Source: the human T2T-CHM13v2.0 reference genome, Homo sapiens. Taken from it: 64,000 nucleotides of DNA. Within the stretch, counting starts at the first letter, position 1. Every line of letters begins with the position of its first letter. Below, in pieces: positions 50,105-64,000 of this stretch. Where the stretch lies: NCBI RefSeq assembly GCF_009914755.1, contig NC_060933.1; one strand, given 5' to 3'. Made by a program: the position numbers and the translations under genes. The notes under the pieces were generated by a model. That model searched no databases. It had not been told where the DNA came from and was given only the letters and a program-made list of their open reading frames with translations.

Positions 50105-50859
50105 CCTGATCTTCCAGGTGCCGTCTGTCACCCCTTTCTCTGACTAGGAAAGGGAACTCCCTGATCCTCTGCGCTTCCGAGTGAGGCAATGCCTCGCCCT
50201 GCTTCCGCTGGCGCACGGTGCGCGCACCCACTGACCTGCGCCCACTGTCTGGCACTCCCTAGTGAGATGAACCCGCTACCTCAGATGGAAATGCAGAAAT
50301 CACCCGTCTTCTGCGTTGCTCACGCTGGGAGCTGGAGACCGGAGCTGTTCCTATTCGGCCATCTTGGCTCCTCTCAGGTGAATTTTGATCTACCATTAAA
50401 ACAAGGTGCCAGGACCGGATGTTTCGTAACAGTGCTCTCTCTAACTCTTAAATAACAGATAGTTCTAATCCTATTTAAGCTCCTTCATTTATTTTATGAA
50501 GTCAGCATAATCCTAATTCCAAAGCCAGATGGAGAATATAAAAATGTAAAACTCTTACAAATGAATCTAGATACAAAAATTCTAAATAAATTATTAGTAA
50601 ACAAAATCTAGCCTCTAATAAAATGAATATTACCAAGTTGTGTATATTTTAGGAATGCAAATGTATGATCTAAAATCAATCACTTATCACTCATTACAAC
50701 AGCAAATTAAGGAAGATAAACTACATAATCATATCAACACTTGCTGAAAAGGTGTTGATAAAATTCATCCATCTCCCCTAATAAAACCTCAACATAACAT
50801 AGAAATAGAAGGAAATCGATGAAAAAAAATGAATGGCAAGTACATGAAATATAATAAGC

Positions 50860-52900
50860 TCTCATTCATTTAATATATACTTAAGTAGTTCCTAGTACCA
50901 GGCACACTCTGGTGATACAACAGTGAACATGATAGATACAATCTGTGCTCTGCAAGGCTTACAGTACAGTGGGAGTGACTGGAAATTTATTGGAGGCTTT
51001 GATGTGGAAGAAGGATATGGAAATCCATGAGAAAACACTATGCTTAGTCAGGGCCATGTGACAATAGAATTTCTGCAGACAGTGACAATTAAATTGAGAT
51101 CTGAAAAGTGAGAAAGATGTATACAGATTAAAGAGAGGTTGGTTGGAGAAAATATTTCTGGGATAGAGAATAACCCTTACAAAGGCCTGGATAGGAGAGA
51201 ACGAAAGTAAGTTGAGTATGGCGAAAGTACAGAGCAAGAGCTCAGGATGAAGTGTGTAATACAAACTGCGAAGAAAGGCTCAGCCCAGATCAGGAAGGCT
51301 TTGGAAGCCAAATCTAGGAGCTTGGACTTTACCCTACATGCAATGTGAAGACATGGCTGGGTGTTAAGTAGAAGAGTTGCACTGGTTCTTTTGTTTCCCA
51401 TACCTCCAGATCCATTCTCTGCCCTGGAAATCAGATCCCCATAGGGTCTGTCACCCACTCTCCCTTGCCTACTGGCTTCCAGATGGGTTCAGCCAATGCG
51501 GTGCCTTTTCCCTGGGTCCCCTTGCTTCAGTGCTACACCCGATAGTAAATGTATCCCTCCTTGAACACAGGTCCTGCCAGGCAGCCCTTTTGTGGCTCCA
51601 GCTTTCACTGAGTAACTATTTCTTGTCTCTTCAGACCTACAGATAAATATGGCTTCCCCTGTTTCTAGTCTCTTTCATTCTGCCCACACCTCTGTAAGTA
51701 GCCCTTTCATCAAAGCTTTTCATTTGAACCATCTGAATTAAAGTCTATTTCCTTTTGGGACCCTGACTGATACAGGCATGATTAGGTCAGATTTGTGTTT
51801 TATAACAATCCCTCTGGCTGCTTTATGGAAAACAGATTGGAAGATGGCAAAGACCGGCTCCAAGGAGACCATTAAGGAGGCTGCTGTAATTCTGGAGGTA
51901 AGAGAGGATGGTGGCCTGGGCTCAGGTAGCAGAACTGGGGTTCAGGAGTGAGGAGTTTAACTCCTGGCCAAAACCGTATGTGTGATATTTCAGGCCCAGC
52001 CACAGGCAATTGCAAAGGCTTTGCCTGGAAGGCCTCATAGGAAAAGCTGCCCTTCCCACACCAGACTTGGTACAGAGCCAATGCATTGCAGTGTCTGAGG
52101 AGAGTTGCAGTCAAAGATTCAGGCCTCCTGGCCAGCTATGCTCTTATACATATCTGCATTCATGGCCCAGGCACCTCCATTTGGAAGTCTTCTTCTTTTC
52201 AGGGAAGCTTGAAGACACTTTACCCACTCTGACTCAGTACTCGATATTTTCTACTTGCAGCCCTCCCATTCTTCCTCACTTCTGGCTCCAGGGTCCATAA
52301 AACTGCAGGTGCCTTTTGGTTGGAGATCCCTAAACAGTGAGTTGACTCCACCAACACACTGTTCCACTGGGGGAAATGAAACAAAGGGGAGTCAAGGTTT
52401 GACTGTTACTTTCATTTTGGCTATTTTTAATCAGCTACTCTAACGCCTGAAAGCTTAGCTGAGTGGCTGATGGAAAGAAGCATGTAGATTCCAGAGATAT
52501 TTGGACGACAGAGTTGACAGGATTTGGCCATTTATTAGATTGGGGGATGGGGTAGGATAGAGAACAGTGAGGGAAAATAAAAAGCCAAGGAAACTGCATA
52601 GGTGATTTGGGCAATAGAGTGGATGGTGGTGCCATTCACTGGACCATGAAACAAGGAACAGGAGCTGAGTGGCAGGAAAATACTTTCATCTGGGGCATGA
52701 CACTTCAGAGAAGCCTGTGGGTCATCCAAGGCAGATATTCAGAAAACAGCTGGATATGTAAAAAGGAATTTAGCGGAGAGGTCTGAATTGTTATGTAGAT
52801 TTGAGAATCATTCATTAATAAATGGTAAGTATAGATATTGGCATGAATAAAATGAAGCTGGGAGAATACATAGAATGAGAAGAAAAGATGGCCTGAAACT
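50860..52900 (-). mobile_element. L2 remnants interrupted by an old LTR (about 51378-51774)
   Basis: L2-like purine-rich motifs (gagttgacaggatttgg, ggatggtggtgccattcactg); LTR end gggaccctgactgataca. Confidence 0.6.
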
Positions 52901-53442
52901 GAGGCTCACCATGGTCTCTTTTTAGACTTGTCCTCTTTTGGTTCTCTAGATAATTCTCCAATGATATGTTTTTCTATGACCCTCTCAAAACCTTTCTTAA
53001 ACTTACTAAATAAAATAGAGACAGCAGGTTATAATGACAGAGCTTGGAACATTATAGATACTCAGTAAATGTGCACAACCTTCCTTTCTAACTCTGTATT
53101 TCTCAGGATTGTGTTAAGAATCCTGAGTTAATTAAGGTTCCTGGCTAAAGACAAAGCTATGTCTAAATGAAGGCAGCTGTTATCATACTTGCAGGTGCTA
53201 TATTTCTTTAAATAATGAGTTTTATATATTTACTGTAAAGGATTCTTTTAGTTCACATATTATTTCTCCTAAACAGCAAAGGATACCACCTTTAAACCAA
53301 ACCAAACCAAGTCATGCCTCTGAGTGAAGTTGTAGAATAATTTTTTTGAAACTTTAACATTTTAATTTTCTATTAGCAAGCTAAAACAAAGCAGAGGCTA
53401 AATTCCATAGTCTCCAGAAATATGGGGATCGCTATATGTAAG

Positions 53443-54061
<619 letters not shown>

Positions 54062-55254
54062 GTAAGTTCATCCTGAAAGGCTGAGAGTAAAGCTATCATA
54101 AAGATGGGGATTTCCTGCTTTTCTCATTCTGTTTATATTTTTACATCCTGTTTTGTCTAAAGTGTTCTTTTGAAACAAAGACCTGGAAAGAAGTCCAAGT
54201 AGACTCTGACCTCTCTTGCATCTCCTGTACCCATATTGGAGGTAATACATATCCCATACTTCTATGAAAAGAATGCAGGTCTTGGAATCAGGCTGACTTG
54301 GGCTCAAATATGAACTTCATCACTAACTAGATATGTGAGCCTTAATTCTTCTGTCTTTGTAATGAGAACTTCTTTGGGGTTCTGATCTGGGTTAAACAAA
54401 ACATTGTGTATAAAGCCCCAGGCACATAGTAGGTGCTCAACATAGTAAGTGCTCAATAAGTGGTAGCCACAGTGATATTTATTATGAAGTGGGCCAGACT
54501 TTGGGAGGAAGAAAGAAGGTAAAGAAAGATATAGACCAAATGGTAAGATAATGTCATGGCTTTAATTCACTTTTCATGGAAATTAGAAGAGATTGTGAGT
54601 AACAGAAGGTCACTTGGGGAGCTGTCCAGGGTGCAGAGGATGCCAAGAAATATTTATCTGATTGAAGAAGAGAGTTGAAAGTTCATTAAAACTTCTGTTT
54701 ACATTTGAGCAAAACCTGCTCTTAATAATTACTCTCAAAAGTTGCAAGCTAAAGTAACTAGATAATTCAATAAATATATAGATACCAGGTCTGAGGCTCA
54801 GAAGGACTGTCCAGGGTGGGTCACCAAGCTCCAGGCCACCAGACTAGCGACAAGAGTTAGGCTGCAATTCCCAGGAAGGAAGAATGGAAGCCATTATCCC
54901 AGAGGAATATAGAATAGGCTATATTCTATAGGGTGGAGGGAGGAAAGTAGAGAACAGTACCTGGTAACAGGGACTGCAGGGGTAGCTGGTTTTGTTTGTG
55001 TGTTTTCTGCCCAGGAACAATTTCCATATCTTTGGGTGACAGATCCCTATTTTACTTTGCCAAAATTACCTCTCCTAGTGAAGGTGCAGGCCTTCCCAAG
55101 GTTACCAATTCATTTTCTTCCTTTGAATGTTGAATCTTCAGTAGATATTTAAAAATGAAAAATGGTTAGTATGAATTCCTCTGAGCTTTGCAGCACTCAT
55201 CCCGGGGACACTGACTCACAACACAGTTTATATGAAAAGAGGGGATGCTCATCA

Positions 55255-55515
<261 letters not shown>

Positions 55516-56089
55516 CAACTCCCTGGGAAAGCTGACTTTTAGCTTAATTCCTGCCCTTCAATATTCTCTATATTGTAAGGTGCTAAAAATTTACAAACTA
55601 GATTCCCAAGTTTCCTAACTAGGTAGTTTCCAGTTAGATTTTCCCAAAGGCAGGTCTCAGAGAAAGACCAGAAGGCAAAAGGGAGAAGCTATTTTATCCT
55701 CCATTTTCTGTTTCTGGATCTGGCAGTAGCCACAGGCAGCCACAGGATCCAGACGTCTTGGCAGTGAGTCCAGTAACATCAAGGGGACTATGGGCTCCCA
55801 AGTTCTTGCAGCTTCTGTAAATGTGCAAATTCTCAGCCTCTTGAAAGGTAACAGCAGCAGTGGTTTCAATAGCAGCAGCAGCAGCATTAACAAAAGGATG
55901 CTGGCAACCTCAGCAACATAGCTCTTTTGAATTCTGGGTACCATCACTGGCCCTTTTTGCCCCTCCTTGGATTTTATTCTCTCTGTTTGAATGCCTAGAG
56001 AAATTCTGCCTTTCTAATTGAACACCAATTAATAACTGAGAGTGATTTACTATTACACTTTTGGTGGGAATGTTAACACATGAGTACAA

Positions 56090-56320
56090 TCAGTAAGATG
56101 CAGTACAATTGAACAGACTTGTGTTTAAACCAGGCTCCCCCACCTATTAGCAGTGTTATCTTAGGCAAATAACTTAACCAAACCTCAGTTTTCCTTATCT
56201 GTAAAATAGGGATGATAGAATCCCTCATAGGAATGTTACATAAATTATGACGTAACGTTTTATATGTAATGATATAATGTATGTAAAAAGTACCTGGCAC
56301 AAAGGCGTTCAACAAATTTT
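56090..56320 (+). mobile_element. MIR SINE
   Basis: ttaggcaaataacttaacc...cctcagttttccttatctgtaaaataggg. Confidence 0.8.
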
Positions 56321-56712
56321 GGTTTCCTACATCTCTTTCACCCAGCACTTGCTTGGTTATGGCTTAGGTGCATGAACACAGACACATTCCAGAGATGTTT
56401 GACTCAGTCAAGCTTCTATCAGGAACTAGGGTACAATAGAAATGGATTACATGAGGAAGTCAGATATGGAGGAAAAATGAAGTAGTTGCTGACAGGGAGT
56501 GTTAAATGGGATTTCTAGAAAGGACACTTCTCAGAAGAGAAACATGATGCACAACAAATTTTAAACCCTTACTTAGTGACAGCCTAATTCAAATCACAAA
56601 CATAGGTCTATACTCAGAAAAATTATGTTCGTACACACTCTTTGGAAGAGAGAAACCCTGGCTGCTGGTCTTATTGTGGATACCTTCATAATTCACTTGG
56701 AAGATGGAACAG

Positions 56713-57032
56713 ATTATTATTATTATTATTATTTGAGACAGGGTCTTACTCTGTCACCCAGGCTGGAGTGCAGTGGCACAACCTAGGCTCACTGCAACCT
56801 CCACCTCCCAGACTCAAGTGATCCTCCCATCTCAGCCTTCCAAGTAGCTGGGACTACAGGCACGTCACCACACCCAGCTAATTTTTTGTTTTTTGTTTTT
56901 TGTATTTTTGATACAGACAGCATTTCACCATGTTGCCCAGGCTTGTCTTAAAACTCCTGAGCTCAAGCAGTCTGCCTGCCTTGCCCTCTCATAGTGCTGG
57001 GATTACAGGCATTGAGCCACCGGACCCTGGCC
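56713..57032 (-). mobile_element. Alu (AluJ-like) with (ATT)n tail
   Basis: Full dimer. Confidence 0.9.
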
Positions 57033-58249
57033 AGAAGATACAAAATTATTTTGTATCTGTCCGTGGAGACATTTCACACTTATTATAATTTAGTATAAGT
57101 CATGGTGAATGTAAAGAGACAAATATGGCTTTTCACAAGGTGCCCCTTTGACCCTTCAGAGCACTAGATCTCTAAAATGAAGTATTTGGAGTCCAAAAGA
57201 TATAAATAAGAATAAGAGGTCATGATGGTGTCTTCATGAGAAAAGATTGGGAATTAAAGATGTTTATGCTGAAATAGAATTATAAGATACTAGTAGTGGA
57301 TGATGCTTTAAAGACTCTCACCTCTCATATTTTAGATCAGAGAACCTAAGCTCAGAGGAGGAAACTGTTCTTAAATTACACAAAAATTTGGAGGCAGAAA
57401 TGTCACCAGGTTTCTTATATCTGGGAAAGAGACCAAAAAAAAGGTATTATCCTTCTGGAACAGTCTTGGCCAGAGCCTTTCTCCTCTAAGAGTGGGACTG
57501 GACAATGGAGCCAGGTCAGTGGTGGGTCTGTGCCATTGACTAGTGGAGAGCTCCCACATAAAAATATGCCACCCTTTGAGTGCAGCCACGGATGTTACAA
57601 TCTAGTATTGAGTAAATGGACACTTGATTTTACATATCTCCTTCAATATATTTCATCATAAAATTAACTGTCATAACTACAAATTATCAAAAATTCCCTA
57701 CTTTTGAAAAATGTACATAAAATGAAGAATGATGGCTCTCCTCTGTCCTAGCAAGGGACAAAGATTGGCCTAGAAAGCAGGTCTCTTGATATCCAGTCCG
57801 ATGTCCTTTCCAGTTTCCCCAAAATAATAGTAGCATTCAAAGGTATTAAAATATAGTGCCTTACATGGGTCCAAAAGGCAGATTTTGTTCTTGCTTGAAA
57901 AGAGAGCTGTAATAAATAGTCTAAATTTCTAGCAGGCATAGTAGAAGAACCTAAGGTAAATGTTTTAATTTTATGCTAATGGTTACTAAGGATTATCATA
58001 GAATTACCATTTTTGGGGAACTTGAAAAATAGGTGTGACAATTTGAGGGATGAAAAGATAACCAAAAAATAAATTTAGCTCCTGCTGTTGCCACTGAATG
58101 TGATGACAAATGATACAGAGAGGTCATTCTCACAAGACCTAGGCTAGGCCAAGGAGAATGAAGAGGAGACATCACACCAGCATTTAACTTAAGAAATCAG
58201 CTGTGTGGGTGGCTGTTGTGGTTGCTTTTAACGACTAGTTAAAAAAAAA

Positions 58250-59460
58250 ACAGCTTTACTGAAATAATTAATAATTCACATACACACAATTCACCCACTT
58301 AAAAGTGAACAGATCGATGGTGTTTATACTATATTCACAGTTGTGTAACTTCAGCCAGAATATTGGAATATTTTCATGACCTCAGATGAAACCCCATACC
58401 CATTAGCAGTTCCTCCCTTTCTCTCCCTTCTTCCCACCCCAGACCCTGGCAACCACTAATCTACTTTCTATCTCTTTGGATTTGCCTATTCTGGACCTTG
58501 CATATAAATGGACTCACACAAAAAACTCACTGATACGTAGTCTTTCGTACCTTGCTTCTTTCACTTAACATAATGTATTACAGGCTCCTTCATGTTGCAG
58601 TATGTACCAGTACTTCATTGCTTTATACTGTCGAATAATATTCCATTGTGTAGAGCGTATACTGAGGAGTGAATAACTGGGTCATATAAGAACTCTACGT
58701 TTAATCTTTTGAGGAACTTCCAGATTATTTTCCAAAGTGGCTGCACCATTTCACATCCCTACCAGCAAGATCTGAAGGTTCCAACTCTCCACATCTTTTT
58801 CAATACTTGTTATTATGTCTCTTTTATATTTTAACCATCCTATCATGTATGAAGTGATATCTCACTGTGGTTTTGATTTGCATTTCCTGATAGATAATGA
58901 TATTGACTCTTTTCATTTATTGTTGGCTATTTGCATATTTTCTTTGAGAAATTGCCTTTTTTTGAAAGATAGTTTTGCTGGACATAAACTTGTTGATTGA
59001 CAACTTTTTGTCTTTCAGTACCTTCAAAATGTTACCTTCTTGCCTTCTGGCATCCATTGGTTCTGATGAGAATTCAGCTGTAAGCATCATTGGCATTCCA
59101 CTATACATGATCAGTCCTTTTTCTCTTACGCTTTCAATATTTTTGCTTTGGCTTTGGCTTTGAACATTTTTACAGTAATGTGTTGTGTGTGGATTTCTTT
59201 GCATCTATCTCACTTAGAATTCATTGAGTTTCTTAGATATGTAGAGTAATAATTTGTATGAAATCTGGGGACTCTTCGACCATGAATTCTTTGAATACTT
59301 TCTGCTCTATTTTCTGTCTCCTCTCCTTATAGTACACCAATTACACTTATGTCTGCACGGTTAATGGTGCTCTGACACTTTTTTCCCATTATTTTTCTCT
59401 CTGTTCTTGAGATAGCTTAATCTCTCTCAGTCTCTCTTCAAGTTTACCCATGTTTTTCTT
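58250..59460 (-). mobile_element. Old L1M(B) fragments (3'UTR joined to ORF1 region)
   Basis: ccctggcaaccactaatctactttc; ORF1-like peptide at 58917-59204. Confidence 0.7.
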
Positions 59461-59999
59461 CCTCCAAAACCAACAACTGAAGGTACCAAATAGAGAATAA
59501 AAACAGATAGATACTGAGGGAAGTCAATGCTGGGCAGAAAAGAACAGACATCAACTCCCATTTTGCGTATGTGTGTTTTCACCATGTGGGGTGGCTAAAA
59601 CTCTTATAGAAAATCCTAGTTTTACTGGCTTAAGAATCAGAGAAAAGGACTTGTGTTTGGGGAACTAGATCCACTGGAAAGTGAAGAAGAAACTCCCAGA
59701 AAGGAGAGAGCCAAACAATGGGTCTCATATTCTAGGTACAAAATTTTCCCAAATCTCTGAGTGATCCTTGAACATGACTATTGGGGAAAGACTCAAAGCA
59801 AATTAGTTAAAGTTAAAGGAATTGAAGTAAAATTTCAGCTACACTCATCACAGTGGAAATACAGTGTTACAGTTTCATTCTATAAAAGTTAAATATATGC
59901 TTAAAATCAGTACTATTCAGAGGAACATTCAGATTCCGGAATTTCTACAACACATCATTCACAATATTGAGGATGCAATCCAAAATTATGCAACATTCA

Positions 60000-60342
<343 letters not shown>

Positions 60343-60959
60343 TTAATAGAAAACAAGCTAGGATGACCCAGATGTTGGCCAACAATTATTTAAAACTGTA
60401 TATTAAAATGATGCTCAGTAGTAAAAAGGAAAATATGCTCACAGCTAATAAAAAGTGGGAAATTTCAGCAGAAGAAAAGAGATTATTTTTTTAAAGCCCA
60501 AATAGAAATTCTAGAACTGAAAAACAAAACAGCTGAAATATAAAATTAACTGGGTAAGCTTAAGAACCAAATGGAATGATGGAGGAAAGAAACAATGGAC
60601 TTAAAAGTCAATAGAAATTATCTGATTTGAAGAAGGCAGAGAAATAAATTTTAATTAACAGAGCCTATGGATCTGTGAGACAATTCAAAACTGAAGACCT
60701 GAAAGAAGACGAGAGAGAGAATTGAGAGGAAAATCATGGCCCAAATTCCCTAAACGTGGCATAAAACATATAGTTACAAATTTATGAAGCTTAGACAGAA
60801 TTAGTAGAAAAAACACTCCTATTTACATCATAATCAAACTATGGAAGAAAAATATTTGAAGACAAAGAAAAATGACACATTGAATACAGGGAAACAATTA
60901 AAATGATGGCTGCTTTCTCATAAGAAGCAATAGAAGGGGAGTCACAAGACAGTGAAACA

Positions 60960-61300
60960 GAGTTCATGTCCTTTGTAGGGACATGGATGAAATTGGAAAT
61001 CATCATTCTCAGTAAACTATCGCAAGAACAAAAAAACCAAACACCGCATATTCTCACTCATAGGTGGGAATTGAACAATGAGAACACATGGACACAGGAA
61101 GGGGAACATCACACTCTGGGGACTGTTGTGGGGTGGTGGGGGGGAGGGATAGCATTGGGAGATATACCTAATGCTAGATGACGAGTTAGTGGGTGCAGCG
61201 CACCAGCATGGCACATGTATACATATGTAACTAACCTGCACATTGTGCACATGTACCCTAAAACTTAAAGTATAAATAATGAAAAAAAAGAAAAGAAAAA
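60960..61300 (+). mobile_element. 5'-truncated L1PA3-like 3' fragment inserted in an old L1M ORF1
   Basis: End of ORF2 ([11 protein letters not shown]...), 3'UTR (gagaacacatgg, gaacatcacac, cacattg) and poly(A). Confidence 0.92.
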
Positions 61301-62106
61301 ATGTACACCAATAAATTAAATAACCTAGAAAAAATATTAAAAAGCATAATCAAACTAAAAAAATAAATAAATAAATAAAGTACAAGGGAAAAGCTTGTCC
61401 ACTTGGAATTCTGCATTCAGCAAAAATGTCTTTCATTATTGAAGGTGAAATAAGAGTATCAGGGAAAGAAAAATAAGAGAATTTATAACCACCATATCGG
61501 TGGTGAAACCAAACAAACAAACAAACAACAAAACTGAAATAAATTCTTCTAGTCTAAAAGGAAATAAACCTTCCTATGTGCCAGGGCCCACCTTAGGCAC
61601 GGAAATACAAGTTTGAGTATAATGAGGTTCACCATGGAGTTTATAGCTTATAGATGAAATGGAAACCAAACATTGTACTTCATGGCAGTACCAATGGGAG
61701 CAGGAATGCCTGGCCTCAATAACAATAGGAGCCAGAAACCACACATGTATTTACTAAAATGTCTTTCAAGAGGGCACACCTGTAAGTCTCTGCATTTTGC
61801 CACTTATACAACTTCATCTTTGAGCGCTTACATAGGGTCAGATTACCTAACAATAGCTGTAAGCCAAGACAAAATTGGAGGAGGAGAGAATTAGTAGATA
61901 CCTGATACAGGATATAAGGGCTAAGCTTTAGATTTTTCTATCCTGACTCGATCCAGGGTATTTGGTTTCTATTGTTTTTCACTAAATAAAGATAGGTCTT
62001 TCAACAATCCCAGCTTCTGTGGAATTAGCTGAAAATAAACCAAGAGCTAGAGACTCAAAGTATTTACAGTAGATACATTTGAGTAGGTATATTGCTCAAG
62101 TCACAC

Positions 62107-62812
62107 TGTAACTGCCCAGTGGGTTCATTTTGCCTGCTGCCCAGATAAACTCAATTTATTAAGACAGAGGAATTGTAATAGACAAAGAGTTTAATTCATG
62201 CACAGCCAGCTAAACAGAAGACAGAAAATTCAGAGATTGGAGTTTTTTAAGGGCAATTTGGCCGGTAGGGGGCCAGAGAATGAGGAGTGCTGAGAAGTTG
62301 GGTTGGAGATGAAATCACAGGGGGTCAAAGTGGGTTCTTCTTGCTGTCTTTGGTTTTTGGACAGGATTGCAGAACTGGTTTAGCCAGATTACTGGCCTGG
62401 ATGGTGCTAGCTGGTGCATCAGAATTTTAGGGTCTGAAAAACATTTCAAGCACTAATCTTGGGTTTTACAATAGCGATGTTATCCCTAGGAGCGACTGGG
62501 GAGGTTTGGAATCATGTGGCCCCTGGCTGAGTGACTCCTAAACCAAAATTTCTAATCTTGTTGCCAATTTGTTCGTCTTACAAAGGCAATCTGGTCCCCA
62601 GGCAAGAAGGACATTCATTTCTGGAAAGGGCTGTTATCATCTTTGTTTCAAAGTTAAACTACAAACTGAAGTCCTCCCAAAAGTTAGTTTGGCCTTTGCC
62701 CAGGAATGAACAAGGGCAGTTTGGAGGTTGGAAATAAGATGGAGTCAGTTAGGTGAGATCTCTTTCACATCATAATTTTCTCACTGTTACAATTTTTGCA
62801 AAGGCAGTTTCA
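62107..62812 (-). mobile_element. LTR8-family (LTR8A-like) ERV1 solo LTR
   Basis: Minus strand begins tgaaactgcctttgcaaaaatt; TG...CA; 4-bp TSD-like acac / atac. Confidence 0.8.
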
Positions 62813-62999
62813 ATACCACAGTTAGATCAACAAATATTTTGAAAATGGGAAAAAGGGCCTTTTCAAATTAATTTTTTAAAGAGATAACCCCAGAAGGTCT
62901 TGTATGGGGTGGAAAAGCAATAGGAAAATTATATAATATGATGATTCTGTGAAACTAGTGGGTCAGAAATAAGTGTTTACAGGCCAGGGCCTGGTGGCA

Positions 63000-64000
63000 C
63001 CAGAATGAGCTCTTGGAAGTAGCTGGCTTTGTGTGTTGGGTCCATATGCTGGTGCACCCATGTGGCTGCATACCTGATCTGGGTGGGTGCCGAGGCATTG
63101 TCACCCCTGAGCATTGCCTAGGCATTTCTCGTGGCCCGCTAGAGACCAGTCCCACTCCCTTGTCCCCTCCTTCCCCTGCACTCTCTAAGAAGTTCATCTG
63201 CTCCTTCCAGGACTGTATGTAGCACCAATTACAATAAGGTCCAGATGCTTGAAGAGCACCTATGCAAGCACACGAGGAAGAGACCATTCATTTGTGACTA
63301 TGAAGGGTGTGGCAAGATTTTCCTCAGGGTCTACCACCTGAGTCACAACATCCTGATTCATATGGGAGAAAAGCTGTTTATGCACTAGTGGCTGTGACAG
63401 AAAATTCAACACAAAATCAAACTTGAAGAAATATTTTGAACACAAAGATGAGATTCAGCAAACAACATATATGCAATTTTGAAGGCTGTAAAAAGATCTT
63501 TAAGGATCAGTAGCTGAAAATCCATCAGTGCCAGCATACCAATGAACCCAGAAAGGATGTGGGAAATACTGCCTGACCCAGCAGGCTGAAACGACACACG
63601 GAGGTTCAGGAGGGCTAGATGTCAAAAGAGATGTTCCTTTGTGGCAAAAACATGGGTTGAACTTCTGAAATATGTGAGGAAAAAAAACCCATATAGAGGA
63701 AATAACATGTGAATATGGCAGAAAATTTTTAAACACAAAGATTATCTTAAGCAATATATGAAAACTCTTGCTCCAGAGAGAAATATTTGCCAATGTTCAA
63801 GAGAAGGCTGTGGTAGAACCCACATGACTGTATTTAATCTACAGAGCTGTATCCTCTCTTTTCATGAGGAAAGGCACCTATTTGTGTGTGACCATCCTGG
63901 CTGTGGCAAAAGGTCTGCAATGAAAGTCTCACATAGACATACCATTGCAACAAGAAGAAAATTAAACTCAGAGTAAAACCAACTCATGAAAAACGGAGTT
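63000..64000 (+). pseudogene. GTF3A: Processed pseudogene of GTF3A (TFIIIA, C2H2 zinc-finger factor for 5S rRNA genes); runs off the window
   Basis: Intronless, collinear decayed peptides [32 protein letters not shown] and [38 protein letters not shown] match TFIIIA; many stops, frameshifts and deletions; 5' boundary approximate. Confidence 0.93.

Noticed and set aside
55851-55885. Short CAG runs as a polyglutamine exon
   Set aside because: Only 4-5 units, with no credible ORF or exon context.
63000-64000. Functional zinc-finger retrogene
   Set aside because: Multiple stops, frameshifts and deletions, and several zinc-binding Cys/His residues are lost.

Overview
Repeat-dominated hominoid (human or other ape) genomic DNA with no intact protein-coding gene that I can support. 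Main contents: two full-length young LINE-1s in tail-to-tail inverted orientation (3003-9004 +, L1PA2-like; 44337-50373 -, L1PA3-like), each with its own target-site duplication (TSD); a truncated ERV-L provirus carrying three nested solo LTRs; a long decayed L1MB; an L1MA-type element with a monomeric 5'UTR and no ORF2; about 15 Alus; several MaLR/ERV solo LTRs and DNA-transposon relics; and an old processed pseudogene of GTF3A (TFIIIA) running off the right edge. The most notable observation is that the two independently inserted inverted L1s share about 17 non-consensus substitutions, including the same ORF2 nonsense codon, while still differing at subfamily-diagnostic sites. This points to patchy gene conversion between the pair, which is also a substrate for a ~35-kb inversion. 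Other observations: several locally templated insertion or fold-back scars, a TSD-flanked orphan retrocopy of non-repeat sequence, and a probable L1 3' transduction. Repeat subfamily names and consensus comparisons come from memory, not from a database run, and many old degenerate fragments are only partly annotated. I do not see evidence of a new multi-gene system.
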